A stretch of DNA of 55,543 bases from a virus. Taxonomy: Duplodnaviria > Caudoviricetes. The stretch covers positions 1 to 55,543 of IMG/VR virus record IMGVR_UViG_3300042210_000075; one strand, 5' to 3'. Shown piece after piece: positions 18,992-28,271 of the stretch. The position numbers were made by a program, and so were the translations under genes. Within the stretch, counting starts at the first letter, position 1, and each line of letters begins with the position of its first letter. A model generated the notes under the pieces. It had not been told where the DNA came from. It ran no database searches and worked only from the letters and a program-made list of their open reading frames with translations.

Positions 18992-19558
18992 TTAAGAAAT
19001 GAGATCAGCAAAGTTCGACCAATCAGATTCAGTCGTTGCTAAGTTTTGATACATGGATTTCATTGCATTGAGCTGCTGCTGTTGCTTGTTGTAAAGATCG
19101 GCAATAGCCGCTGATTTCTGCCCGGCATCGATTTCCGAAGCTTGGATCTCTTTGTAAGCATCAAAGAAACTGGTTTGCAGTTCTTTGGCCGCATCCAAAT
19201 AAGCACCAACCGTATTTGCTCGAACAGAGTCTTCCTGCATTTTGGTGTTGTGTGCTTGCGACACATTCTGTTGAGCCATTGGTAACGCAGCATCGAGCAT
19301 TGCTCTCTGAGCTGCTTCCGCGCCAAGCGTAGAGTTCTGCATGCCGCGAGATGCTGCAGCTTGATTTCCCAGTGCTTTGGCAGAGCGCATTGCAAGAGAG
19401 TTCTGATTCGTAATCTTTGAAACTTCGTCAGAGACATCAAGCGGGTTGTAGGTCGTCGAATTAGTAGTATCAGTGGTTGATGAATCAGTACTTGAATCTG
19501 AGTTTCCACTAGTTGCTGCAGCATTAATACCCGAAGTCATTGAAGCTAAAATACTCAT
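18992..19558 (-). CDS. Putative ejection/pilot protein
   Basis: AASRGMQNSTLGAEAAQRAMLDAALPMAQQ motif typical of podophage internal proteins. Confidence 0.6.
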   Translation of the reverse strand: MSILASMTSGINAAATSGNSDSSTDSSTTDTTNSTTYNPLDVSDEVSKITNQNSLAMRSAKALGNQAAASRGMQNSTLGAEAAQRAMLDAALPMAQQNVSQAHNTKMQEDSVRANTVGAYLDAAKELQTSFFDAYKEIQASEIDAGQKSAAIADLYNKQQQQLNAMKSMYQNLATTESDWSNFADLIS

Positions 19559-19566
19559 AACTGCCC

Positions 19567-20271
19567 TTACTCGATACCGAGTGAATGAATAGCCGGTTTA
19601 CCAAAGAACATCAGCGTGTAGTTCTGCTTACCGCCAACGATGTCTTTTTTCACCCAACCAAATGAATAACCAAACCACTCTTTATAGAAGCCTTCACAAA
19701 GAGATTCGTATTGATCGTATTTAAAGTTGTAGGCCGTATTACGCCACACCCAAAGCCATGCACCCAGAAAGATGATCAAGGGATGTTTTGCTCTGTGGTC
19801 ACCTAATTCAAACGCATTACCAAACTGTTCAGGCTTAGCGCTTCTCACCATGGATTCAAGCTGCTCCTTGAACAGCGCCATAGCTACAGGGCTTTTGTTT
19901 TCACCGCTTAGGATGTTGCGAATAAAGCCAATATCTAGTGTGTCATGGTTACTATCGTCATCTAACCAACCCCAGATAAACCAATACACAAACAGATACT
20001 CAATTAGTGAAATCCGCCTGTACTTAACAAAGCCAGAGACTTTCCCTTTCACTAGATAATGAACACTGCGCGTACTGACTAACGCATAGCCGCCAGTGAC
20101 TTTCGTAGGGTTTCGTTCATGCAAGCGCTTTAGCCAGAGTCCATTTTGTAGCTTGTAGTTGTACACCACGTTGCGAGCGTAGGAACGGAACCAAACAACA
20201 ACCCAGAACCAAAATGGGCCTACTATTTTTCGAAACAAGGTAAATAACATGATGAGAAAATACTTCGGCAT
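19567..20271 (-). CDS. Hypothetical aromatic-rich phage protein
   Basis: 234-aa ORF, AAGGGA RBS, WGWLDDDS motif. Confidence 0.6.
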   Translation of the reverse strand: MPKYFLIMLFTLFRKIVGPFWFWVVVWFRSYARNVVYNYKLQNGLWLKRLHERNPTKVTGGYALVSTRSVHYLVKGKVSGFVKYRRISLIEYLFVYWFIWGWLDDDSNHDTLDIGFIRNILSGENKSPVAMALFKEQLESMVRSAKPEQFGNAFELGDHRAKHPLIIFLGAWLWVWRNTAYNFKYDQYESLCEGFYKEWFGYSFGWVKKDIVGGKQNYTLMFFGKPAIHSLGIE

Positions 20272-20285
20272 ATTCGTCCCTTAAT

Positions 20286-20309
20286 AAAAAGCCCGCACAA
20301 ATGGCGGGC
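20286..20309 (-). terminator. Intrinsic terminator after the DGR cassette
   Basis: GCCCGC-CATTTGT-GCGGGC-TTTTT. Confidence 0.75.
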
Positions 20310-20341
20310 ATAAAATGAGTAATAATTTGTTTAGTCGTTTT

Positions 20342-20575
20342 CTAAACAGAGATTCCAAACCGATCCAGAACGGATTGGTTTATTTCTTCTTCAAACCTCC
20401 ATACAGGCTCAATGTAGCCACTATCTCCTTCTGTTAGCGAAGAATCGTAGCCATCAGGATATACAGCATCGTCATATCGAACGGTAATTGTTGCCATTTC
20501 GATAATTTGGTCTCTTGTAAAATCACTTGCTTCAAAATCCGATCTTGAGTTAATAATTTTTACCTTGCCTCGCAT
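20342..20575 (-). CDS. Hypothetical protein following the DGR RT
   Basis: 77 aa, GGAG RBS, overlaps RT end. Confidence 0.6.
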   Translation of the reverse strand: MRGKVKIINSRSDFEASDFTRDQIIEMATITVRYDDAVYPDGYDSSLTEGDSGYIEPVWRFEEEINQSVLDRFGISV

Positions 20576-21552
20576 AGTTGCGTCTCCAATTTGGCTATTA
20601 AATTCTTACTATCTGCCCACTTTGCATGCCCAAGCCATGAGGCAATAAACCTACGTAGCTTTTCTGCTTGCTGTTTTTTTGTGTATTTTCTGATCTTTCG
20701 CTTTGCTGTGGTTACTGATTGTTTTCGCATCAGCTTGTGTGTTGGCCAGATCCGGTATCCAAGAAAATTTACACCTTGATTTGCATTAGTGACGGACCAC
20801 TTCGAGAGTTTTAATTTCATCTCATCAATACAGAATTTCTCGAACCTATCTTTAAGCTCCAGCATTTCTGATTTACTCCTACCAAAGATAACTATGTCGT
20901 CCATATATCTAATAAAGTTCTTACTCTTTGCTATGTGCAAAATCCACTCATCAGCGATAGTTCCGTACACATTGGCAAACAATTGACTGGTCAAATTGCC
21001 GATAGGGATCCCAGTTCCGCTGGATGGAATAAACTTCTCTATAAGTTCCAGCGTGCGTTTGCATGATATTTTTGCTCTCACCCTTGTATGCAATATTTCT
21101 CTGTCAATGTTGTAGAAGTAGCCTGAGAAATCTGTTTTCAAAACCCATACATCGCCAGACTTTAGCAGCCTTCTCATCGTAGCCTGACAGGCTATTGCTC
21201 CAGAATGCGTACCTTTCCCTTTGATGCATCCATAGCTCTGCCTGTAAAACGTTGATTCAAAGATGGGCTCAATGATGTTGTTGATTGCATGTTGGACAAC
21301 CCTATCCCTAAACGGCAAGGCTGAAATTAATCTTCGTTTTGGCTCATAAATAAAGAATTCTTTAGGCTTTCCGGGTTGATATGCTCCACTCAAAATCAAA
21401 TCAGAAAGCACCAATGAGTTTGACTCTAGGTAATCCATATAAACCATTCCACCAACGCTATTTGCGTTTCCTTTTCTTGCTTTCATTGCGGCAGTGACAA
21501 TATTGTCATAGCTCGCTATGTCGCCAATAAGATGTTTGTACTTTCTTCCCAT
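20560..21552 (-). CDS. brt: DGR reverse transcriptase
   Basis: FRDRVVQHA, TDFSGYF, GIPIGNLTSQ (DGR-type SQ), RYMDD, FLGY; no maturase or endonuclease domain. Confidence 0.95.
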   Translation of the reverse strand: MGRKYKHLIGDIASYDNIVTAAMKARKGNANSVGGMVYMDYLESNSLVLSDLILSGAYQPGKPKEFFIYEPKRRLISALPFRDRVVQHAINNIIEPIFESTFYRQSYGCIKGKGTHSGAIACQATMRRLLKSGDVWVLKTDFSGYFYNIDREILHTRVRAKISCKRTLELIEKFIPSSGTGIPIGNLTSQLFANVYGTIADEWILHIAKSKNFIRYMDDIVIFGRSKSEMLELKDRFEKFCIDEMKLKLSKWSVTNANQGVNFLGYRIWPTHKLMRKQSVTTAKRKIRKYTKKQQAEKLRRFIASWLGHAKWADSKNLIAKLETQLCEAR

Positions 21553-21687
21553 GTTATTACGTTCGACTTTCCCTTTTGGTACTCACCTACTGTAAATCTC
21601 GCAATGTATTCGCCGAAGCAGGTTAACGCAGCTGACCACAGTAGTGGTCGCCTAGTATGCCTTAGCATATCTAGCGCGAATAAAATT
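21553..21687 (-). ncRNA. DGR spacer (sp) RNA region
   Basis: Between TR and RT; hairpins GACCAC/GTGGTC and TATGC/GCATA; 12-nt complement to the avd-TR linker. Confidence 0.7.
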
Positions 21688-21807
21688 TGGTCACAGACGC
21701 CCCGGGCACCAATGTTACTGTTCGAGTTCCACGGCTCGTTGTTCCAGTTGGACGCGCGAGCGCCAGCGGAGCCAGATTCCGTCCAGTTGCCGCCAAAAAG
21801 CGAGGCG
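21688..21807 (-). repeat. DGR template repeat (TR)
   Basis: 120 bp; 106/120 identical to 22224-22343; 7 AAC codons; all differences at TR adenines. Confidence 0.97.
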
Positions 21808-21825
21808 AAGTATCTGCGTTAACCT

Positions 21826-22194
21826 TTATTTAGATTTACTAATCCAAGAATTGAGCATGGAGCCACATTCGCTAATATGCACGAGCGCGACTTGATGCTG
21901 TTTTAGGGTGAGAAGTTTGTTTTTTGATTGAGCTGCAAATCTAATTAAATAGCGCAAATTGGCAAGTCCTGCGTCACACATGTATAACTTTGACTTTTGC
22001 CCAGACTTTCCAGCTTTAATGAATAAATCGATCTGTTCAAATAGCGAGTCAATAATTCGATTTCTCAGTACGCCATGAGATCTGGGAGCATTTTGCATTA
22101 TTGGATAAAGGTAATTAACCACAACATCAAACTTTTTAATAATATGCATTTGGTCGGGGTTAATGATTGCATCTCGATACTGTTTAGCCACCAC
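21826..22194 (-). CDS. avd: DGR accessory variability determinant Avd
   Basis: 122 aa from GTG; DQM..VVNYLYP..PRSHGV..AGKS.QKSKLY..DAGLA.LR..RF..GSMLNSW resembles BPP-1 Avd. Confidence 0.9.
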   Translation of the reverse strand: MVAKQYRDAIINPDQMHIIKKFDVVVNYLYPIMQNAPRSHGVLRNRIIDSLFEQIDLFIKAGKSGQKSKLYMCDAGLANLRYLIRFAAQSKNKLLTLKQHQVALVHISECGSMLNSWISKSK

Positions 22195-22207
22195 TCGCTC
22201 TCGCTCG

Positions 22208-23233
22208 TTAAGCAAGTTGCAAGTGGTCACAGACGCCCCGGGCACCAAGGGGACTGGACGAGGCCCACGGCCCGGAGCTCCAGTGGGACGCGCGAGCGCC
22301 AGCGGAGCCAGATTCCGTCCAGGAGCCGCCAAAAAGCGAGGCGCCGACCCCATCCGTCCCAGCAGTATAAACCTGACCTTCACCGTTGGTATCTACAGCA
22401 GCAAAAGCATAACCAGACGAACCGTTGCCTCTATCCCAGTTTTCCGACCCCCACTGCCACATATGCCCCGAAACCTGCTCACACCCCACAGATGAACGCG
22501 CGCTTGCGTCGAATGTTGTATTGGCCGGTTCAGCGCCTACGGCATAGCCTGCAACTGAGCCGAGGGCGAGAATGGTGAATTCATTATAGTTAGGTAGGCG
22601 TTTCCCAAATGCTGCTAATACTTCTGCAGCAATATATTGTGTGAATGTCGAATATTGGTCTGTGCCATTGCCGCCCCAAACCATAGGTATTTTTGGTGGC
22701 GTAGAACCATCAGCAATTGCGGCATTGTAAGCAGACGTGCCAAGAACGTCAGGAGTTGAATTAAGCAAATAGATGTCAGCCCAAAACCCTCCAACAGTTC
22801 TTACCATTCCTCGAGGGTCGTCACAACTAGGCTTGTAATTTAAGTCCCATAATGAATGTGAGTTAATTTCTCCATTCTGATAATGGAAACCGCCAATTCT
22901 GCGTGAATCAGATGCAGTATAACCGTTAGGAACAGTAAAGTTATCCGATGCAATCAAACCATCAGCTGTTGCATAAACAGCATAGTCAGTGCCAGAAGAC
23001 ATTGCTGGCAATGTGACTGATGCGCCGCTTGATGCACTAATAACTACATCGCCAACCGTTACAAATAAATCACCATTAACAGTTAACGTACTTCCGTTGG
23101 TAACAAAGGCCGGTTCACTGGTGATTGATTTATGAAAGACAGATCGAGATTTTAGTGAAACAAGCTCGGCTACGCTTATTTCATTCGACTCATTATCAAT
23201 GTCAATCAGCTTTCCAATAACAAATTCGCTCAT
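22208..23233 (-). CDS. mtd: DGR target: Mtd-like receptor-binding protein (C-type lectin fold)
   Basis: DPRGM..FWADIYL, EQVSGHMWQWG, SLFGGSW..GARGVCDHLQLA; VR at the 3' end. Confidence 0.9.
   Translation of the reverse strand: MSEFVIGKLIDIDNESNEISVAELVSLKSRSVFHKSITSEPAFVTNGSTLTVNGDLFVTVGDVVISASSGASVTLPAMSSGTDYAVYATADGLIASDNFTVPNGYTASDSRRIGGFHYQNGEINSHSLWDLNYKPSCDDPRGMVRTVGGFWADIYLLNSTPDVLGTSAYNAAIADGSTPPKIPMVWGGNGTDQYSTFTQYIAAEVLAAFGKRLPNYNEFTILALGSVAGYAVGAEPANTTFDASARSSVGCEQVSGHMWQWGSENWDRGNGSSGYAFAAVDTNGEGQVYTAGTDGVGASLFGGSWTESGSAGARASHWSSGPWASSSPLGARGVCDHLQLA
22224..22343 (-). repeat. DGR variable repeat (VR) with G/C element and start of IMH
   Basis: Aligns without gaps to TR; ends GCCCGGGGCG-TCTGTGACCA. 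Confidence 0.97.
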
Positions 23234-23237
23234 TATT

Positions 23238-24251
23238 TTATCTCACTGTTAAGGCTGAATTGCCGCTAACGTAAACGCGAACGCCGTCAGCCACTGTAAT
23301 TTTTGGACCAATTAATTGCGCGTTTACATTGGGCGGTATAGTCATGTTTAGGTTGATAATTTTAGATGTGTACATAGCAATGCCAGCATACTTAACATCA
23401 CCCACTAACTGAGCAGCCGCTTCGGCCCTGTCCGCACTATCGCTTGCAGAGACCGCGCTATTTTCAGCGTTATCACTATAACCACTTGCTTCCTGAGCCT
23501 TATTTATTGCGACTTGCTCTGATTGTTCAATGCTGTTTTTTAAAGTATCTAGATCACCAAAATCCGCAGCAATGTTCTGAACATTCTGATGCCAAGTTTC
23601 AACATTGTTATGCTTTGAAACCACGTCGTCATGAAGAGCGACTACATTGCCATGTTTCTCTGCGATGTCATTGTGTCGAGAGATGATGTCGCTATGACGA
23701 GCAGCAATGTCGTTTTGTATTGCCAACAAATCAGCAAGAACAGCATCAGGAACAATGCCGACATCCACCAGAACAATATCTCCGCTATTTAAAGCAGGAG
23801 TAAACTCGATGGTTTTTGTTGCCGAATCGTAAGCGAAGTCCACTGTTTGGAATTTTCGCCCACCGTTCACAAACACATAAGCTAAAGACTTAAACTGAAG
23901 AGGTAGAACAAGCTCATTCTGCCCATCTGTCGCGACATAACGAAGCGTTGTATATCTCTCATCAGCGGGCCCAATACCACTAAGAATCGACTCAGCTCCA
24001 TCAAGCCGATTGTCCTGCTCGTTGTTCTTGTCCTTTTCGGTATCAACCATTGCTTTTGTAGCTGGATGACTAGATTCTGTCGGAGTTAATATTGTGAACC
24101 TAGACATAAACCCAATCGTTCCATCTTCCCGAGGTGTAGGCAGCTTTTCAAAAGCACTTTGAATACCGTCAAATTCACCACGAACATCATCAGAACGAGC
24201 AGTTGTAAACGGTTTAAGCTCGGCTTTGCGCTCGTAATATTTATTAGGCAC
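23238..24251 (-). CDS. Tail fibre/adaptor protein upstream of Mtd
   Basis: N-terminal EFDGIQSAF anchor-like segment, coiled coil, C-terminal TIPPNVNA..GPKITVADGV. Confidence 0.65.
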   Translation of the reverse strand: MPNKYYERKAELKPFTTARSDDVRGEFDGIQSAFEKLPTPREDGTIGFMSRFTILTPTESSHPATKAMVDTEKDKNNEQDNRLDGAESILSGIGPADERYTTLRYVATDGQNELVLPLQFKSLAYVFVNGGRKFQTVDFAYDSATKTIEFTPALNSGDIVLVDVGIVPDAVLADLLAIQNDIAARHSDIISRHNDIAEKHGNVVALHDDVVSKHNNVETWHQNVQNIAADFGDLDTLKNSIEQSEQVAINKAQEASGYSDNAENSAVSASDSADRAEAAAQLVGDVKYAGIAMYTSKIINLNMTIPPNVNAQLIGPKITVADGVRVYVSGNSALTVR

Positions 24252-26268
24252 GATATCTTCTCCTTGGAATATAAGAGAGCGTGTAACCTTCTAGTCGGAA
24301 GTTCTTTTCGTAATTGCTTCGACCGGACAGAAGAATAGAAATGTTTTTAGAATGCCCATTGAGGTACACGTTAGGCGTAACGTAGTCTGGGCTTGACCAG
24401 AAGAAGTTATCCCACTGCGCCTCGTCCCAACGGCCACCACCACCAAACACGCCTTGGATTTCGCTGCGAGACTGCGCGTGTTCCATTGAGCCGTAATCCA
24501 ATGAGTGCGTGAAGCTTAAATTGAGTGAACCTTCAGAGGACATTTGCAGCTCAAAGGATTGCCAAGACTTAACGTCCATAGGGCTACCCGTATGCGTATA
24601 AGCTGGGCGCAATACCCAATAGATATCCTCACCAGCAAACGAACAGATGTCGTTATTCTGGCGATAGACAAAGCCATCATCGAACGCAAAGTAAGTGTTG
24701 TCATTGGTATCCCAAACACCTTCCAGCGCTTTCGGATAGGTAAAGAATGTGGCCCTGTTTTTACCATCAGAAAGCAGCTGAATAATCAGGTGACGAGTTA
24801 GACCACGTTGGTAAAAGCGGATCTGGTTATGCGCTTTCTTCTGGGAATGAGCAAAGAAGTTGGTGTACTTCTTGGTAAAGGCGTCATCCCCTAGCAAACT
24901 GTTTGCTTCTATTTCAGCCGCAATAAAGTTACCAACGGCTTCTGTCTGAGTGACATCAATAAACCCGTTATTCGTATGCGCGATAGGAACAAACGAACTG
25001 GTTAACGTACCTGCAGTAATACCGATTTTCTTTGTAAGCGTGTAAGCCGTCCAATCATCACGAGTTGAACCTGATAACACATGAATACTGTTCTTACAGC
25101 CAATCAGCAGATAGCCACCTGGCATAGACTGAAGATCGGTAATTTCGTCACCCGTACCAAACTGCTCAGCCCCTAATAGAATTTCCCAGTTCAGCGGCTC
25201 ACCAACGGCACAATGCCCGTACTGACCACCTTCAAACGCCACAAATAAATGATTCTTGTGAACCTCTAAAGCCGTAACACTTCGGGTATCGTAAACAGGG
25301 ATAGGAATAACGAGGCCATTTGGACGAATCTCTGCGACCTGATCGCCATTTGTACCGTAAGCGTATCGAGAGCCGCTCCCTGCGTAGAAGTTGTGATATT
25401 CAAACGTCCACGTTTTACCAGCTGAGTATTGAACGAGACTAACCGTACCTTCTGTTTGAGCTTGCTCTGTTCCAGCCACTGTCACCGACAAATCAGCGGT
25501 CGCGCTTACAGACTTATCGAGATAGAGAATGCCTGTCTGACCGTCAGCTGCAAAAGTGGAAGCATAAATCTTAGCCGTCACACCATCGACAACAACATCA
25601 ACACCTTCGACAAAGGCAGCAGGAGTTACCACTGCTTTCACCAGCACTTCGTAAACATCGGGAACTGCAGACCATGAGCGATCAGTATTCCCCATGGATA
25701 CCGCTAGCTGGCCAGCATTATCTCGAAACGCAATCAACTGCCCATCAAGGTCAACCACACCTCTTAAAACACCGTCACCAATTGGGGTCTGAACGTTATC
25801 CAGAATAAGCTTATGAGCTTCAGCCAAGTATTGTGCTTGCTCTTCAGCATTCTCACCAAAGCCAAACGTGATGAGGTAACTGAGAGTAGTATTGATGACC
25901 GAAGTATCCGCTTTGGTGATCACAACAGCATCACCCGATACGCCAGTTAACGATACAGCGACAACTCGCAGCGAGTTAGTTTCAACATCGACAGCCGAAA
26001 CAACCCCGACTTTACCGTTGATCTCCACCGTTCCATCAAGCATATCTTCAGTGACGACATCACTAGGAATAAGTCGGTAGTAAATGTGCTCACTTGGAGC
26101 TGCTCCACCATCGACCTTTTCATAACCTTCGATACGACCAAAACCGCCACCCCATAAAGGCTGAACGTTTTCAGCGGTAATGGCATGGCTCGGCTTTTTA
26201 GCGATCGGAGGCGTGACTAAATCGAGGGTGCCTTGCAGCGCAACGAAGAGCGTCTTAGGTTCTGGCAT
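24244..26268 (-). CDS. Tail nozzle / DNA-stabilisation protein
   Basis: 674 aa, beta-rich, GGRWDEAQWDNFFW; follows adaptor. Confidence 0.6.
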   Translation of the reverse strand: MPEPKTLFVALQGTLDLVTPPIAKKPSHAITAENVQPLWGGGFGRIEGYEKVDGGAAPSEHIYYRLIPSDVVTEDMLDGTVEINGKVGVVSAVDVETNSLRVVAVSLTGVSGDAVVITKADTSVINTTLSYLITFGFGENAEEQAQYLAEAHKLILDNVQTPIGDGVLRGVVDLDGQLIAFRDNAGQLAVSMGNTDRSWSAVPDVYEVLVKAVVTPAAFVEGVDVVVDGVTAKIYASTFAADGQTGILYLDKSVSATADLSVTVAGTEQAQTEGTVSLVQYSAGKTWTFEYHNFYAGSGSRYAYGTNGDQVAEIRPNGLVIPIPVYDTRSVTALEVHKNHLFVAFEGGQYGHCAVGEPLNWEILLGAEQFGTGDEITDLQSMPGGYLLIGCKNSIHVLSGSTRDDWTAYTLTKKIGITAGTLTSSFVPIAHTNNGFIDVTQTEAVGNFIAAEIEANSLLGDDAFTKKYTNFFAHSQKKAHNQIRFYQRGLTRHLIIQLLSDGKNRATFFTYPKALEGVWDTNDNTYFAFDDGFVYRQNNDICSFAGEDIYWVLRPAYTHTGSPMDVKSWQSFELQMSSEGSLNLSFTHSLDYGSMEHAQSRSEIQGVFGGGGRWDEAQWDNFFWSSPDYVTPNVYLNGHSKNISILLSGRSNYEKNFRLEGYTLSYIPRRRYRA

Positions 26269-26708
26269 TATGGTATCGTGCTCTCGATTTCTTCTTCAGG
26301 TGCACTGCCCCAGCTCGCGCCCATGTAGCGATTAACCAGCTTACCCATCTTTTCTGAGTAACCTTCATCAGCCAACGCTCGTAGTTCTGGCGCATTCAAT
26401 GAAAGAGACATCTTTTTCATTGCCTGATAAACAATGACCAACTGGTATTGTTCAGGAATGAATGGAACGTCTAACTGTTCGGAAAGTACTTGCGGGTCGG
26501 TTCGACTATAGTACTCAACAGGGTCGGTATCTGGTTTAGCACCAAAGAATTCAACATCCCAGCAGTCGTCTTGAATCTCCATCCATGCTTCACGCACCGC
26601 ATTGACGATCTTCAAGTAGCGACCAGTTTGGTTAACGACAGCGGTCAAACCTGTACCGCTATCGTTCATTTCGCTATGTAGGCGATTACATAACTGAAGG
26701 AAGTTCAT
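26268..26708 (-). CDS. Head-tail adaptor
   Basis: MNFLQLCNR..VREAWMEIQ..PFIPEQYQLVIVY; start moved to ATG 26708. Confidence 0.65.
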   Translation of the reverse strand: MNFLQLCNRLHSEMNDSGTGLTAVVNQTGRYLKIVNAVREAWMEIQDDCWDVEFFGAKPDTDPVEYYSRTDPQVLSEQLDVPFIPEQYQLVIVYQAMKKMSLSLNAPELRALADEGYSEKMGKLVNRYMGASWGSAPEEEIESTIP

Positions 26709-26710
26709 GC

Positions 26711-27202
26711 TTAGCCTTCCGCTACTTCTTCTACCGAGTAGCAAGGTCTTACGTTAGGAGTAATCGAAGTATCTTTCTCCTGCTTATACTCCGTCTTCTT
26801 AATGCTCTTGATATAGTTGATCATGGCATCAGGAATTTTCACTGGCTTACCAAATACAATGAGAATCTTGTATTCATTGATCTGGAAGTATTCGTCCTTA
26901 GCTTCACTATCCAAGTTGTTATTAACAATTACGGTTTTACGAGGACGCTGAGAGATTGGAACGTAAACATCTTCCTTAACGTTGGTCATAGCAGGAACAA
27001 TGGGATCTTGCGTTTTCAAACGAGCAGGTAGTAACTCATTTGGACGTTCCAGACCGTTGTTTTCTTCAAACTCAAGAATTGCATCTTGTAGCTCAGCGAT
27101 CGTCATTTTGTCATCGACTTCAACGCCGCATGCGTCTTTCAAGTGTGCAATTAACGGCGCTTTGACATTTACATCAAGAGTAATAAACGTGTATCCAGTC
27201 AT
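26711..27202 (-). CDS. Hypothetical head-region protein
   Basis: 163-aa ORF after capsid terminator. Confidence 0.6.
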   Translation of the reverse strand: MTGYTFITLDVNVKAPLIAHLKDACGVEVDDKMTIAELQDAILEFEENNGLERPNELLPARLKTQDPIVPAMTNVKEDVYVPISQRPRKTVIVNNNLDSEAKDEYFQINEYKILIVFGKPVKIPDAMINYIKSIKKTEYKQEKDTSITPNVRPCYSVEEVAEG

Positions 27203-27222
27203 AATCTTGCTCTCTTATGAAT

Positions 27223-27247
27223 AAAAAAAGCCCCTCCTAAGAGGGGC
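27223..27247 (-). terminator. Terminator after major capsid gene
   Basis: GCCCCTC-TTAG-GAGGGGC-TTTTTTT. Confidence 0.8.
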
Positions 27248-27257
27248 GAGGGAAGCA

Positions 27258-28247
27258 TTACAGCTGCGTCGCTGCCGCTTCAATACGTTGTAACCAAGCT
27301 TGGTTTAGGATCACGCCAGCGAACCACATAATCCAACCAACCGAACCGTTTTGACCAAGCTCGTCACCGTGCTCAGCTTTGCCCGGATTACGGACTTTGA
27401 GGTCATGTGACTGACGACCTTTTAATGGACATACGCCGTATGCGTCGGTACCAAACACGAGGATTGGATACACATCTGCATTTGTACCAGACGTTGAAAC
27501 CATTGTTGAACTTGCTGCACCAGCGTCAGCGAATGGCGATAGCAGTGCCGTGGTAATGAATCGCACGTTCTCAACCGAACCAAACTCTTCAGGCACGATT
27601 GGGCTGCGAGAGCCGTATTTCGCCACTGGAGTAAAGCCAGCTAGATCACGGATATCTGCTTCCAAGTCAGTGTGACAAACAGCAATGTATGCTGCTTCCA
27701 CTGGTTGAGTAGCGTAGTTTGATGAACCAGACAGGATACGAGTTTTCTTCTTAGCTCGGTTACCAGCAAGAGTACGTGTAGCCTGACGTAGTTTGGCCAA
27801 TGAAATTGGTGTATTCACTTCGTTTCGTGCCGCACCGTTAGCATAAACAACAGCTGTACCTGCAGACAGAGTACCCCACAGAACAATCTCAGCAGTTTCC
27901 GCCGCTTGCTCACCAGACAACTGCATCATAGTTTGAAGTACTGGGTCTTCATGTGTATCTGCAATTACGTCAGTTAAACCAGTCCAAGCACCGTATTGCT
28001 TAAGGTCAACTTCCACATCCACAACAGATAGTTTCTGCGCTGAAGGACGAACGCCTTCAGTCAATGGAGTAGTCGCTGGCGCCCAAGGAACGGCACGACG
28101 GAACTTGGCTTTTGCGCCACGGTTCTTAGGTACTGGCTCAGTAGTACCCAGTTTTGACAAAACCAGAATAGGTTCTGCATGTACAAGAAATTGAGCCTTC
28201 GCGTATAAACCTACGCGAGGGCTGATATCACCATAAGTAGTAGACAT
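27258..28247 (-). CDS. Major capsid protein, N4-gp56 family
   Basis: TTYGDISPR, LTEGVRP, QYGAW..TD, EFGSVENVRF, DELGQNGSVGW. Confidence 0.85.
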   Translation of the reverse strand: MSTTYGDISPRVGLYAKAQFLVHAEPILVLSKLGTTEPVPKNRGAKAKFRRAVPWAPATTPLTEGVRPSAQKLSVVDVEVDLKQYGAWTGLTDVIADTHEDPVLQTMMQLSGEQAAETAEIVLWGTLSAGTAVVYANGAARNEVNTPISLAKLRQATRTLAGNRAKKKTRILSGSSNYATQPVEAAYIAVCHTDLEADIRDLAGFTPVAKYGSRSPIVPEEFGSVENVRFITTALLSPFADAGAASSTMVSTSGTNADVYPILVFGTDAYGVCPLKGRQSHDLKVRNPGKAEHGDELGQNGSVGWIMWFAGVILNQAWLQRIEAAATQL

Positions 28248-28271
28248 AGATTCACCTTATAAAGAAATGAA

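Noticed and set aside
20560-21552. RT as group II intron, retron or Abi RT
   Set aside because: SQ motif, adjacent avd and an adenine-specific TR/VR pair identify a DGR; no maturase domain
22195-22383. N-terminal extension of the 185-aa ORF 21826-22383
   Set aside because: Off-frame read of the GC-rich VR; Avd similarity starts near GTG 22194
21532-22578. Plus-strand ORFs 21532-21822, 22075-22578 and 22163-22495
   Set aside because: Antisense shadows of TR/VR
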